Virus record (IMG/VR): IMGVR_UViG_3300021347_000002
Location: 1 to 61,446 of that record
DNA from: a virus
Lineage: Duplodnaviria > Caudoviricetes
DNA length: 61,446 nucleotides
Reading direction: 5' to 3' (one strand)
Part shown: positions 43,966 through 53,810 of the stretch, one piece after another
How positions within the stretch are numbered: position 1 is the stretch's first letter
How the letters are laid out: each line of letters opens with the position of its first letter
Made by a program: the position numbers and the translations under genes
Notes under the pieces: model-generated
What the model saw: the letters and a program-made list of their open reading frames with translations, nothing else
Told to the model about the DNA's origin: nothing
Databases searched by the model: none

Positions 43966-44640
43966 ATGAGACTTATTGTTACATTTGCTATTGGAGGTAT
44001 GCCTTGGGTGGACGCGTCTGTAGCCTCCATGCGGGACTATGCGAGTAAAGTAGGGGCTGACTTTCATGAGGTGAAGTGGTTCCCTGAAGAGTCGCGTAAG
44101 CCGTATAGAGGCAACCCCGTCTGGGCTTTCGTTGACTTTCTGAAGCGTTTTCGAGAGCAGGACTATTACAAGGAAGTGTTAGTGTTGGACTGCGATGTCT
44201 TGGTTCTACCGAGCTGCCCCAATCTGTTTGAAACGAGAGGCGACCTAGTGTGCGCTCTAGATCAAGCGTGGACAACGAAAGACGATAGGTATAAGAAGTG
44301 GGTCGCCAAACACTACCCTGACAGCACGGAGAACGTCTCCAGCATTGACGACCCCTACTTCAACGCAGGGGTATTACTGTTCCGTTTGGACGCCCTCCGC
44401 TCCCTAAACTTCGACCCACCATACCCTGACGAGATGGGATACGACCAAGATTTCTTGAATATGCGGACGGCAGAGGCTGGTATTGACATTACTTGGATCG
44501 GTGAGGAATATAATCAACGTAACGTGAACGACCGCCAATGGACTTTAGCCAACAACCATATCTTGCACCTTGTCGGAGGCGGCAAGGAGCGACTGATGGA
44601 TTACGCTGATTTCTTAGGGATATGGAAGGATCAGCGGTAG
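43966..44640 (+). CDS. Glycosyltransferase, GT-A fold (GT8-like)
   Basis: VLVLDCDVLV (DxD), YFNAGVLLF, DQDFLN, ILHLVG. Confidence 0.85.
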   Translation: MRLIVTFAIGGMPWVDASVASMRDYASKVGADFHEVKWFPEESRKPYRGNPVWAFVDFLKRFREQDYYKEVLVLDCDVLVLPSCPNLFETRGDLVCALDQAWTTKDDRYKKWVAKHYPDSTENVSSIDDPYFNAGVLLFRLDALRSLNFDPPYPDEMGYDQDFLNMRTAEAGIDITWIGEEYNQRNVNDRQWTLANNHILHLVGGGKERLMDYADFLGIWKDQR

Positions 44641-44661
44641 AAGAAGCCTATTTCTCAGTGA

Positions 44662-44690
44662 TTGACTTGACCACCTAAACCCCGTATATT
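44662..44690 (+). promoter_or_regulatory. Sigma70-type promoter, leaderless
   Basis: TTGACT-17 bp-TATATT; ATG at 44697. Confidence 0.65.
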
Positions 44691-44696
44691 CGGCCT

Positions 44697-45653
44697 ATGC
44701 CAGCGTTGACTGTCAAGGCGGTGACCAAAGCCTTATCTGACTATGTCCGCCCCGATGAGGATATCGTGGCGAAATTGAACATGGTCATGCCCCGAATCTA
44801 CGCGATGGGGATGTGGCGGGATCTGCTGTATGACTGGTCTATTGAGACTACGAACAAGTATTTCTCGTTACCGGAGCATTCTGAGAGCCTTTTAGGCGCA
44901 ATGTTGCAGAATTCTCCGGTAGATACACAGTCTCAGTGGCATGATTATCGTATTTCTGGCTACGCCAGTGGCGGTCCTGCGCCAATTTTCGGTGTTGTGG
45001 ACGATGGTTTCCACGAGGCTAAAGAGGATTTAGTTCATAAAGTAGTTACTGATATTTACAGTATACGAGTAGCCCCAATTCAACCAAACACTAACTTACC
45101 TACGACTGGATCAATTACGGTAGTTTATGGTGTGAATGGGGACTCAGAAGTTGGGGAAGACTCAGTAGTCACCCATACGTTTGATTTAGCAGGAGGAAGC
45201 ACCCCTCTTACTACTAGTGCAGGGGCTGTTAGTATAAAGTCCATTAGTTTCGCTGATATTCCTGAAGAAGTCCGTGTTTACGGTCACTATTCAGTGGATA
45301 ACACAGAGACAACACTAGCTGTAGTCAAAGGCGACGGCGTAGCTCGCTACCGTCGATTCCGGTTCCACAACAGTGATTCCTCTACCAAGAACGTCAAATT
45401 GCTGCTCAAACGGGCGTGGCAACCAGTCCTGACTCAGGATGACATTTTACACTTAGGCAACCTGAACGCTATTAAGCATGGTCTTTTAGGCATGCTGGCA
45501 GAGGACAATGCCGATTTGGAACGCGCCCAATACCACTGGACGATCTGTCAAAAGCTTCTGGACGAAGAACTCGACGCTGCCAGAGGAGCCGCGAAGCCAA
45601 AACTCACAGTTAAACCAGCCGGAAACAATTTCCACATCCCAAACATTATTTAA
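44697..45653 (+). CDS. Putative head-tail adaptor / tail tubular protein
   Basis: Helical termini with a beta-rich core, 318 aa; structural-block context. Confidence 0.45.
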   Translation: MPALTVKAVTKALSDYVRPDEDIVAKLNMVMPRIYAMGMWRDLLYDWSIETTNKYFSLPEHSESLLGAMLQNSPVDTQSQWHDYRISGYASGGPAPIFGVVDDGFHEAKEDLVHKVVTDIYSIRVAPIQPNTNLPTTGSITVVYGVNGDSEVGEDSVVTHTFDLAGGSTPLTTSAGAVSIKSISFADIPEEVRVYGHYSVDNTETTLAVVKGDGVARYRRFRFHNSDSSTKNVKLLLKRAWQPVLTQDDILHLGNLNAIKHGLLGMLAEDNADLERAQYHWTICQKLLDEELDAARGAAKPKLTVKPAGNNFHIPNII

Positions 45654-45656
45654 TTC

Positions 45657-45905
45657 ATGACTAACAACATCGACAAACAAACCTTCGGACAACGTGGGGC
45701 TAAGATCGTTACAGACACCTCCGCCACCACTGGTGAGTTCTGCGCTTTGCAGATCCTTGAGGATGCTACGTTCTCGGCTCTGACTTGGCCTGAGTTAGAA
45801 GGAGCGTTAACCGGATTTGCCATTTCTGCGGGAACGGTTATTTACGGTCAGATTACTGCCTTCACTCTGAGTTCAGGTAAGGTTCTAGCATACAAACAAG
45901 TATAA
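45657..45905 (+). CDS. Small structural protein
   Basis: 82 aa, beta-rich (AGTVIYGQITAFTLSSGKVLAY); precedes the fibre genes. Confidence 0.6.
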   Translation: MTNNIDKQTFGQRGAKIVTDTSATTGEFCALQILEDATFSALTWPELEGALTGFAISAGTVIYGQITAFTLSSGKVLAYKQV

Positions 45906-45911
45906 TCCGGC

Positions 45912-47654
45912 ATGTCACGTCTCGGTCTCGGCTTAGGTATTACTAAGGGTGGGGTAATTCCCTTCAACCCCTTATCCTTGGACCCGTATCTTTTATTCGA
46001 CACACAGTCGAGTATGATCGGGACGTTTGAGAACCCTACGCTGGACCTTGATCCGTCGGTTCCATCGACGTTGGATGTGATTACGGCAACGCGAGCTGGT
46101 GTTGCTACGTATACGGATGCTGATGGTTTGATCCAATCGGCTACTCCGAACACGGTGCGCGTTGACCAGACACAGGGAGCCGAGTTGACTCCGACGAAGT
46201 TTCAGCGGTTTATCAATACTGAGTTTAACCAAGCATATTGGTCCTTTAGCTCGCAGATGGGCAATCCGGTTTACAATTATGACACTGCTCCGAATGGAGA
46301 GCAGGAAGCCACCAGAATTGTATCAAACGGAGGTTCCTACCCTCAAATCGTTGAGACTATAGAAGGATTGACTATTGGGCAGCAATACACTGCTAGCTTT
46401 TATGTTAAATCCGACGGGACTTCACAGATTCAGCAGGCCACTCATTTTACAGGACTTTCTGGCGGTATAGGTTTTACACCGACAGATAATTGGGAGCGAG
46501 CAAGCTACACCATAACAGCAACAGCAACGACTCACAGTTTTGTTATTTTTACAAACGGTTCTTCCACTCCTGCTTCATCTTATCTTATTTGGGGACCACA
46601 GCTTGAAGAAGGCACAACCGCAAGTTCCTTCGTGGCGAATACAACGGGAAGCCCGAAGTTTATCGCCAGCGCAACCTACGGGCCGCGTGTGCCGATGATA
46701 CTGGTGGAGCCGAGTGCGACGAACTTGGTTACTTACAGTGAAGACTTTAGTCAATCTTCTTGGGATAAACAAAGCGGGGGAACTGGTGTAGCTCCAGCTA
46801 TAACATCTAATGACACAATCGCTCCTGATGGGACACAGAGTGCTGACAAGGTTGTTTTCAATAAAGGTGCAGCAGATGACCCATCTAATTACAGCATTCT
46901 TTCTGACGCTTTCCCTTCTCAACAAAACACTGCAAGCCTGTTTATTAAAGCCGACACAAACCAAAGGATTGTCATCCGGAACTCAAGTAGTTGGGTAGCA
47001 TATGATGTTACAACAGAATGGACACGGATAGAACAAACGGACACAGGTGGCTCTTTACAGATTGGTTTAAGAGATGGTTATGGAATACCTAACGTCCCTG
47101 ACACAGCGACTGTTTACCTATGGGGAGCGCAAGTCGAGGCCGGAAGTGTCGCCACGTCCTATATACCGACATCAGGCGGTGATGCCGCAGCAAGAACGCG
47201 ACCCGCTGATGACCTTGTGATAACCGGCAGTGACTTTACGGACTTTTACAACCAGAGCGAGGGGACGTTTTATGCTGAGAGTAATACTAGGTTATCAGAC
47301 GGTCAGCCTTTTATTGTTAGCGTCGATAACGGTGATAATAATCGAATTATTCTTTATAACGCCACAACTTCAGTAAGAGGATTTGTTAAAACAAGTGGGT
47401 CCACACAAGCAGATTTTAGTATTGGCACTAGACCATCCGCTAACACATTAAACAGAATCGCACTTAGTTATAAAACTAACAATGTCCAAGGCTCACTAAA
47501 CGGAGGAAGCGTTATCACTGATACAAGTGTGTCTATTGCTACTTCGATTAATAGAATGAACATCGGGACGCGCTATAACCAAGGGGACGCCAATAAGCTC
47601 AACGGCCACATCAAGCGTCTCATCTACTGGCCTTATCACTCAGACTCTCTATAA
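45912..47654 (+). CDS. Fibre/spike protein with carbohydrate-binding-like modules
   Basis: TRAGVATY, two WG(P/A)Q(L/V)E.G..A(S/T)S modules, LVEPSATNL, LamG-like C-terminus. Confidence 0.7.
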   Translation: MSRLGLGLGITKGGVIPFNPLSLDPYLLFDTQSSMIGTFENPTLDLDPSVPSTLDVITATRAGVATYTDADGLIQSATPNTVRVDQTQGAELTPTKFQRFINTEFNQAYWSFSSQMGNPVYNYDTAPNGEQEATRIVSNGGSYPQIVETIEGLTIGQQYTASFYVKSDGTSQIQQATHFTGLSGGIGFTPTDNWERASYTITATATTHSFVIFTNGSSTPASSYLIWGPQLEEGTTASSFVANTTGSPKFIASATYGPRVPMILVEPSATNLVTYSEDFSQSSWDKQSGGTGVAPAITSNDTIAPDGTQSADKVVFNKGAADDPSNYSILSDAFPSQQNTASLFIKADTNQRIVIRNSSSWVAYDVTTEWTRIEQTDTGGSLQIGLRDGYGIPNVPDTATVYLWGAQVEAGSVATSYIPTSGGDAAARTRPADDLVITGSDFTDFYNQSEGTFYAESNTRLSDGQPFIVSVDNGDNNRIILYNATTSVRGFVKTSGSTQADFSIGTRPSANTLNRIALSYKTNNVQGSLNGGSVITDTSVSIATSINRMNIGTRYNQGDANKLNGHIKRLIYWPYHSDSL

Positions 47655-47657
47655 CAA

Positions 47658-50600
47658 ATGGCACTCAATCTATCCACCCTGACCAGCCCAGCGACATCTG
47701 GAGATGTTCTAGCAGAAGCCCTGACCACCGCTGACTTCCTTGAGCCAGTTCCGGTTCTTCGCAACTTGGCTCGCGGTTCACAAAAGGGCGGCGATGCGAA
47801 ACAAGACGTGGCCCTAAACCAGCCTAAAGCGTTGCCGCTGGATGCCAATGGTAAAGGCTATCTGTATCTCTCTGGTGTTAGCGGTAACGATGCCAATGTT
47901 CCAGATGCTGCAAACCTTGACGGCTTTGGTGACTTCACTCTTCAAGTTGATAACCTTTACCTCCCTGACTGGACTCCTTCAACTCAAGTAACTACGCTTG
48001 CAAAAGGTAGTAGTTGGCAGTTCTCGGTTCACACCTCTGGCTCCTTTCGCTTAGACATGAGTGGCGTTTCATCTGTATTTAGTGACCCTACTGGTTTACC
48101 GGATAAAACAACGGCAAGCATTCGTGCAGTTCGTGCGGGGTCAGTGTTTACATTTTTCTACTCGTTAAACGATGGTGCAACATGGGTATCCGTTCCGTAT
48201 AATTTCGGCGGTGGCAGCGGTGTGTTGACTAATGTTACCCAACCGTTGGCCATTGGTTCAGCTAATCTTACAAGCACAACGCTCGGAAAAGTCTCGGGAG
48301 CAAAAGTTTGGAACAACGCAACTCAGAGCGGCACACCAGTCCTAGACGTAGACTTCACGGCCACCAACGTGCGCCACGGTGACACCAAGTTCAAATGCGG
48401 CTCCGGCCAAGTGGTAACAATCAACCAAGCCGGCAACGACCCAGCGACGATTATCAAGAAGCCAGTGCTTCGGTTCGATGGTGCTGATGATGGGTTCAAA
48501 GGGTTATTCGACCAGACGATAACTGATGGTGCTTATATGTTCGCGGCGTTTAGTGTGTTGGGAAGTGGCGGTGACTCATGGGGCCGAGTGTTTACAGTCA
48601 ATAAAACTGGTGGTTTTGATTATAATACGACAGGTAATATTTTTAGCGCACAAGTCACAACTACAGGAGACTTAGCCTATGCTGTTGTTTCTGGAAGCGA
48701 GACTTCTCACCCAGATTTGTTTGATGACGAAAATGGCGATATTCTACACCAAGTTAAAGTCACTAACAGCGCACAATCAAGTTTAGTAAACGGTGCTGAT
48801 TTCCAATCTAAAACAGACACATTAGCTTTAGAAGCTCAAGAGTTTAACATCGGGAAAGATGAGGGGACAACTGTGGAAAACGCCGCCATCGACCTAGAAT
48901 ACCTTGCACTCTTCCCTGCGACCATCACCGATGCCCAAGCTGACTCTGTTCGTAATTATATTAATAACCGGAACAACGTGTTCGACCTAAAGGACGGCTT
49001 TGGCTACTACTTCTTTGACCCGCAGATTTTCCCTATTGTTTCTCCTGCTGCCTTTGTGAGCTATTGGAATGGTAATATTGTTGGTTCAGATAATACACTT
49101 AACGCTTCTGTTAGCCAATCTACAGTCAACGACCAGCCGACACGGGATGGCTACAAGGTTACATTTAACGACAACGCTGACCACCTTGTGGTTGCAAGTC
49201 CACTGTCAGGAGGCCAAGCTGGCTGGCAGGTCGTAGGGACATCACTCGGAACCTTTGCGTATCGCGTGAATGCCAATGCGGTCACTGAGCTGAATCTTTT
49301 GGGTAACCTTGGAAATGTAGGAAACGCAATATTTCGCCAGACCGGAGATTCATACGGAATGCTACTTTTACCAGAAAGCGCAACCGGTGCTGACATTGAA
49401 TCGGCGCGGAAGCTCTTAATTGACCGAGGTTCCTCAGACGGCACGACATCATCGTCAATAGCACTTTATTTTTACGGGAGGTCAGACATTGTTGAGTTTA
49501 ATTCTATAAACGTTTCAAGTGCAACATCTCTAAGATTTACATGGTTTTCATGCTCGTCACTTAATAGCTTCCCCCCGCTTGACATAAGAAACGGAAATGA
49601 CTTCACGTCTACATGGCAAAACTGCTCGTCACTTCAATCATTTCCGGCGGGCGCAAAGCTCGGCACGAGCGCAAGCAATGTGAACTTTGCTGCCGCATGG
49701 CAGTCTAGTGGACTCACTTCGTTTAGCACACCGTTGCCCACAGCCACAAATTGCTCGTATGCTTGGAATTCATGCACGTCATTAAGCTCATTTGGAGATA
49801 TAGACATTAGTAGCTGTTCTGATTTCACGTCAGCATTTCAATACTGCTCGGCACTCACGTCATTCCCGCAAGACGCAAAGCTAGGCACGAGCGCACAGAA
49901 TGTGAACTTTACGAGCGCATGGCGAGACAGTGGGCTTACAAGTTTCCCTGCTGACATTGATTTGAGCAAAGGTAGTCAGTTCTTAGACGCATGGCACGGC
50001 ACCAATCTGACTTCATTTTCCACACCAATAACAGGCGTTAATGCAAAGAGGATGCGACGGGCTTGGAAAGATTGCGACCAGCTAACCGATTTTTCTTACA
50101 ATGTTTTCGCCAATTGGAATCCGAGCGTCATTCAAGGTCAATGTTTCAATAGCACATGGGACGGCTGTACGGCCCTCACCGCTGATTCGGTTGGCAATAT
50201 ACTCCGAGGCATAGATGCAAGTAATCAATTTGCCACAGTTGACGGAAATTCTGGTTCCGCTGCAATCACTGACGCTGGCATCGACATCGACTACAACGTA
50301 GCCACTGGCTCACTCAGTGCCGCGACGAACTCCGCAATCGACAGTCTCTCCGGCAAAGGTTGGGAGGTGTTTATCAATGGAGTGCTTGTTATTCCTAACA
50401 TCCTAGACTTGGCTCCAGCAGCCGCTTACAGTCTTCGTTCGTTTGACGCTGATGCTGACCCGAATGTCGTCAATGTGCGACGCTCAAGTGATGGTGCTAC
50501 AAGTGACTTCACGGCATCTGAGGTTAGCGATGGGACGTTGACGAGCTGGGTGAATACGGAATACAACCGTTACACTTCAGACTTTAGCTCTGGCACAGAT

Positions 50601-51566
50601 AGTTGGAGTTCTGATGGCGGTAATACTTACGCATACAATCAGTCTGTGTCAGGAGTTACTGGGGCTTTAAAAATAACAAACGTAAGCAACAATTACGGCT
50701 ATAAAGCTGTGGGTGCTGTTAATGGGTTAGCTTATCGCTTCACCGCTAAGGTTTACATCCCATCAAGTAACACATCTTTAAATGCTCTGAAGTTCAGATT
50801 TGGTTATGTTCCAGCAAATGAATGGATGACTGAGTCAATCAACACGTTAGACCAGTGGGTGACTGTGACGGTAAATTCTTATACAAACCCAGCGACATCA
50901 GGCGCAGAAAAGCTTTACTGGTATCACGATTCCTCAGCTACAAGCGGCGATGTGTTTTATCTTAAAGATGTCCAATTAACCCAACTCACAGCCGACGGCC
51001 ACGTCACCACATGGTATGACCAGAGTTCAAACGGACGGGATAGCTCACAGTCCAGCGCAAGCGCACAGCCAAAGATTGTCGATGCTGGCACGCTGGTGAC
51101 TGACTCAGCGAACAACCCAGCAATCATTGGTGACGGCGTAGATGACACTTTGTTCCACCCAACGCTTACTGATGAGATAGACAGTTCGGACTTTTTGGTT
51201 ACTGCTGCTTATGAGGATGATTTAACTATGGGAATCGTTGGTGCAATCCCAAGGCTGTATCTTACGAGTTCATCGATGTCGTATATTACACTAGGTACTG
51301 TTGGTTACCCTACTCAAACAGGGCGTAATGTCACCTCGTTCCAAGTTGCAGGGAACACGCAAGAAGTCTTTGGGAACGGAGCATCATTAGGAACTGCATC
51401 TGAAGCGCAAGTTGATATAGGCCAGAATATGTTTAACGTCCTGCAAGGTGGTTCAAATTTCTCAGACGCCCCTTTAATGGAAGTTATTGTCTTTGGAAAT
51501 AACCAGTCAGCAAACCGCACAGGCATTGAGAAAAACATCAACGACCACTTCGACATCTACAGCTAA
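47658..51566 (+). CDS. Large multi-module fibre/adhesin protein
   Basis: LamG-like segments, BspA/DUF285-like repeats (W..C.SL.SF), and an AAAYSLR...VTTWYDQS module. Confidence 0.7.
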   Translation: MALNLSTLTSPATSGDVLAEALTTADFLEPVPVLRNLARGSQKGGDAKQDVALNQPKALPLDANGKGYLYLSGVSGNDANVPDAANLDGFGDFTLQVDNLYLPDWTPSTQVTTLAKGSSWQFSVHTSGSFRLDMSGVSSVFSDPTGLPDKTTASIRAVRAGSVFTFFYSLNDGATWVSVPYNFGGGSGVLTNVTQPLAIGSANLTSTTLGKVSGAKVWNNATQSGTPVLDVDFTATNVRHGDTKFKCGSGQVVTINQAGNDPATIIKKPVLRFDGADDGFKGLFDQTITDGAYMFAAFSVLGSGGDSWGRVFTVNKTGGFDYNTTGNIFSAQVTTTGDLAYAVVSGSETSHPDLFDDENGDILHQVKVTNSAQSSLVNGADFQSKTDTLALEAQEFNIGKDEGTTVENAAIDLEYLALFPATITDAQADSVRNYINNRNNVFDLKDGFGYYFFDPQIFPIVSPAAFVSYWNGNIVGSDNTLNASVSQSTVNDQPTRDGYKVTFNDNADHLVVASPLSGGQAGWQVVGTSLGTFAYRVNANAVTELNLLGNLGNVGNAIFRQTGDSYGMLLLPESATGADIESARKLLIDRGSSDGTTSSSIALYFYGRSDIVEFNSINVSSATSLRFTWFSCSSLNSFPPLDIRNGNDFTSTWQNCSSLQSFPAGAKLGTSASNVNFAAAWQSSGLTSFSTPLPTATNCSYAWNSCTSLSSFGDIDISSCSDFTSAFQYCSALTSFPQDAKLGTSAQNVNFTSAWRDSGLTSFPADIDLSKGSQFLDAWHGTNLTSFSTPITGVNAKRMRRAWKDCDQLTDFSYNVFANWNPSVIQGQCFNSTWDGCTALTADSVGNILRGIDASNQFATVDGNSGSAAITDAGIDIDYNVATGSLSAATNSAIDSLSGKGWEVFINGVLVIPNILDLAPAAAYSLRSFDADADPNVVNVRRSSDGATSDFTASEVSDGTLTSWVNTEYNRYTSDFSSGTDSWSSDGGNTYAYNQSVSGVTGALKITNVSNNYGYKAVGAVNGLAYRFTAKVYIPSSNTSLNALKFRFGYVPANEWMTESINTLDQWVTVTVNSYTNPATSGAEKLYWYHDSSATSGDVFYLKDVQLTQLTADGHVTTWYDQSSNGRDSSQSSASAQPKIVDAGTLVTDSANNPAIIGDGVDDTLFHPTLTDEIDSSDFLVTAAYEDDLTMGIVGAIPRLYLTSSSMSYITLGTVGYPTQTGRNVTSFQVAGNTQEVFGNGASLGTASEAQVDIGQNMFNVLQGGSNFSDAPLMEVIVFGNNQSANRTGIEKNINDHFDIYS

Positions 51567-51802
51567 TGTATTATACATCTACAGACCGAGAGACACTCGA
51601 CGCTTACAACGATAAGATTGTCGCTGGTGAAAACTATGACGGAACCACAACGGTTCGCTGGGCTGATGTTATTGAGCATCAAGACGGCGACCAGTTTGCT
51701 ATCTTGAAGCACAGCGGTTATCAGCTAATCGAAGGCGAAGAGGACGCACCTACCGTTGATAACATCTCTGACTTCTTTCCACCACTAGAAGACCTTAACT
51801 AA
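51566..51802 (+). CDS. Small acidic hypothetical protein
   Basis: 78 aa, TAATG-coupled to its neighbours. Confidence 0.7.
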   Translation: MYYTSTDRETLDAYNDKIVAGENYDGTTTVRWADVIEHQDGDQFAILKHSGYQLIEGEEDAPTVDNISDFFPPLEDLN

Positions 51803-52146
51803 TGAACGACGAAACCCATAGATTCTTCCGGTTCTCCAACGAGCAATCCTACGAGACACTCACAGCATCCGGTAACGAAGCCCGAGGTTTACCTGACGGT
51901 GACGGCACTGAGCGGTGGCTAGCTCTTTGGGCTGACTTGTTCTTAGACCCAGAGACTGGCGCAGACCGCCTTTACTGCGTCAAGAAATCTGGTATTCTCC
52001 CGACAGACGACTTCGAGTTAGATGGCATTGAGGAAATCAACCTCGACACTTACCTTCAGCGACTACGCTGGGAGCCACCGATTGAGGAAGACCTAGAGGC
52101 ACTCGATGAGTTAGATGATTTTCTAGAATTCGTAGAACCTGAATAA
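51802..52146 (+). CDS. Small acidic hypothetical protein
   Basis: 114 aa, TAATG-coupled. Confidence 0.7.
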   Translation: MNDETHRFFRFSNEQSYETLTASGNEARGLPDGDGTERWLALWADLFLDPETGADRLYCVKKSGILPTDDFELDGIEEINLDTYLQRLRWEPPIEEDLEALDELDDFLEFVEPE

Positions 52147-52484
52147 TGGACGAAGAACAACCACTTACAGAGATTGAACAGTCGAGGGCCGATACTGGCT
52201 TTCGGTATTATGTATGTCAGCCAGATGTCTACACCGCCCTCGCAGCCGGAGTAGACCAGTCTCGTGGTTATCCCAATAAGCAAGGAACGACTTTAACCGG
52301 ATTGCCTCCGGTCGAACAGCTCTCTGATGCTACTGATGGTTCCGGCAAGCTCATCGCGATTGACTGCTGGCGGTTCACTGAAGCCGACGACCAGATGCTA
52401 GAAGGCCCGATTAATGCTGGATCAGTCGAAGAACTTACTGAGCAGACATTCTTATCATTAAAACCAGCACCTACTGAACTCTAA
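52146..52484 (+). CDS. Small acidic hypothetical protein
   Basis: 112 aa, TAATG-coupled. Confidence 0.7.
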   Translation: MDEEQPLTEIEQSRADTGFRYYVCQPDVYTALAAGVDQSRGYPNKQGTTLTGLPPVEQLSDATDGSGKLIAIDCWRFTEADDQMLEGPINAGSVEELTEQTFLSLKPAPTEL

Positions 52485-52663
52485 TGTTTCAACACATCAC
52501 ACACCCTATATCCGGTATCGTTGGATCTGCTATCGCTTTCATGTCAACCTTACCGGAAGATTTGGATATGGGCATCCAACTTATCTCGACTTTTCTCGGA
52601 TTGATTATCGCCGTCCTCTCTGCTATAACAGCAGTTGAAAAATTCAAAAATCGTAAGAAATGA
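52484..52663 (+). CDS. Holin/antiholin-like membrane protein (59 aa)
   Basis: Translated by hand: two hydrophobic segments and a basic tail KFKNRKK; first gene of the lysis cluster. Confidence 0.55.
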   Translation: MFQHITHPISGIVGSAIAFMSTLPEDLDMGIQLISTFLGLIIAVLSAITAVEKFKNRKK

Positions 52664-52839
52664 TTGATTACATATTAGAAAACAAAGACGAACTCTTCGG
52701 AATCGTCACCGCCGTCATCGCAGCCGCGTCAGCAATCGCCGCCCTTACCCCTACACCGAAGGATGATACCTTTATCGGCAAGGCGTATAAGGTTGTAGAC
52801 TGGCTCGCGCTTAATGTCTTCAAGGCTAAGGACAAGTGA
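52660..52839 (+). CDS. Holin-like membrane protein (59 aa)
   Basis: MIDYILENKDELFGIVTAVIAAASAIAALTPTPKDDTFIGKAYKVVDWLALNVFKAKDK; ATGA overlaps. Confidence 0.6.
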   Translation: MIDYILENKDELFGIVTAVIAAASAIAALTPTPKDDTFIGKAYKVVDWLALNVFKAKDK

Positions 52840-53045
52840 TTAAGCTGCTCACTGAGCTGATCAAAGCGTATGTCGCTACGTTGAACTGGAAACGGAGAAA
52901 ATTCATTTATGAACTGGAAGATGAAATCGACGATCTCGCTGCTGACGGCTCTCCTGCTGCCAAGCTGCGTATCGAAAGGTTATCGCGACGCCTCCGCTTT
53001 GAACAGAAGTGCGCTCTACGATCCACCAACAGTGACCTTAATTGA
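52836..53045 (+). CDS. Possible inner spanin (Rz-like)
   Basis: Short helical ORF overlapped in another frame by a lipoprotein gene; N-terminal membrane anchor is weak. Confidence 0.4.
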   Translation: MIKLLTELIKAYVATLNWKRRKFIYELEDEIDDLAADGSPAAKLRIERLSRRLRFEQKCALRSTNSDLN

Positions 53046-53145
53046 AGGGGCTGAGTATCAGTTTAAGGAAGGCATCTTCGTCGGTGATGGCCAGAAGTTT
53101 CACAGCGATTACAGCTACCGACGCGCCATTATTATCGCGAAATGA
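52921..53145 (+). CDS. Lipoprotein, possible outer spanin (Rz1-like)
   Basis: Signal peptide with lipobox-like MKSTISLLTALLLPS-C. Confidence 0.55.
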   Translation: MKSTISLLTALLLPSCVSKGYRDASALNRSALYDPPTVTLIEGAEYQFKEGIFVGDGQKFHSDYSYRRAIIIAK

Positions 53146-53795
53146 AGCCAAGCGAAATACTCGACAAGATTCTCGAATTGATAGCCGCCTACAGAGCGGC
53201 TAAAGCTGCTAAACGTAAGAAGGTAAAGAAGCTCAAGAAAGTCGCCATTTGTGTCGGCCACAGCCGGATCGGCGATAAAGGTGCGAGTTCTGTCGGTGGT
53301 GTAAATGAGTGGTGCTACAACAAAGAGGTCGCTGATCTTTTGCAGAACCACCTACGCCACCAAGGAATCCAGTCTGTTGTGTTCGATGACTACCCGTCAG
53401 AGAGCTACAGCCGTGCGATGGATTGGTTAGGTCAGAGCGTCGGCAAAGAGAAGTGTGACATCGCGATTGAGCTACACTTCAACAGCTACTCAAGCTCGAA
53501 AGCAGAAGGCTACGAATACCTCCACTATGAGGGTAGCCAGAATGGTAAGAGACTCGCGAACTGTTTTCTTAAAGCCCATAGCGAAACCTTTAAGGTTCAA
53601 AAGGATCGCGGAGTCAAGGCAGTCGGATCAGGTCAGCGTGGCGTGTCGTTCTTGAGGAGCGTCCCACCACCTGCCGTGATATGCGAGCCTTTCTTCGGCA
53701 GCAGCCCGAAGGAATGGGTTCTATTTGAAAACAAACACGCCTTACTAGCGAGCGTTTACGCTGAGGCGATTGTCGAATACTTTAACAACGCATGA
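53142..53795 (+). CDS. Endolysin, N-acetylmuramoyl-L-alanine amidase (Amidase_3-like)
   Basis: ICVGH, NE, IELHFN, VICEPFF zinc-amidase motifs. Confidence 0.88.
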   Translation: MKPSEILDKILELIAAYRAAKAAKRKKVKKLKKVAICVGHSRIGDKGASSVGGVNEWCYNKEVADLLQNHLRHQGIQSVVFDDYPSESYSRAMDWLGQSVGKEKCDIAIELHFNSYSSSKAEGYEYLHYEGSQNGKRLANCFLKAHSETFKVQKDRGVKAVGSGQRGVSFLRSVPPPAVICEPFFGSSPKEWVLFENKHALLASVYAEAIVEYFNNA

Positions 53796-53810
53796 GGAAT
53801 TGCCAGATAA

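Noticed and set aside
45912-51566. Diversity-generating retroelement targeting the fibres
   Set aside because: No reverse transcriptase and no template/variable repeat pair differing at adenines was seen.
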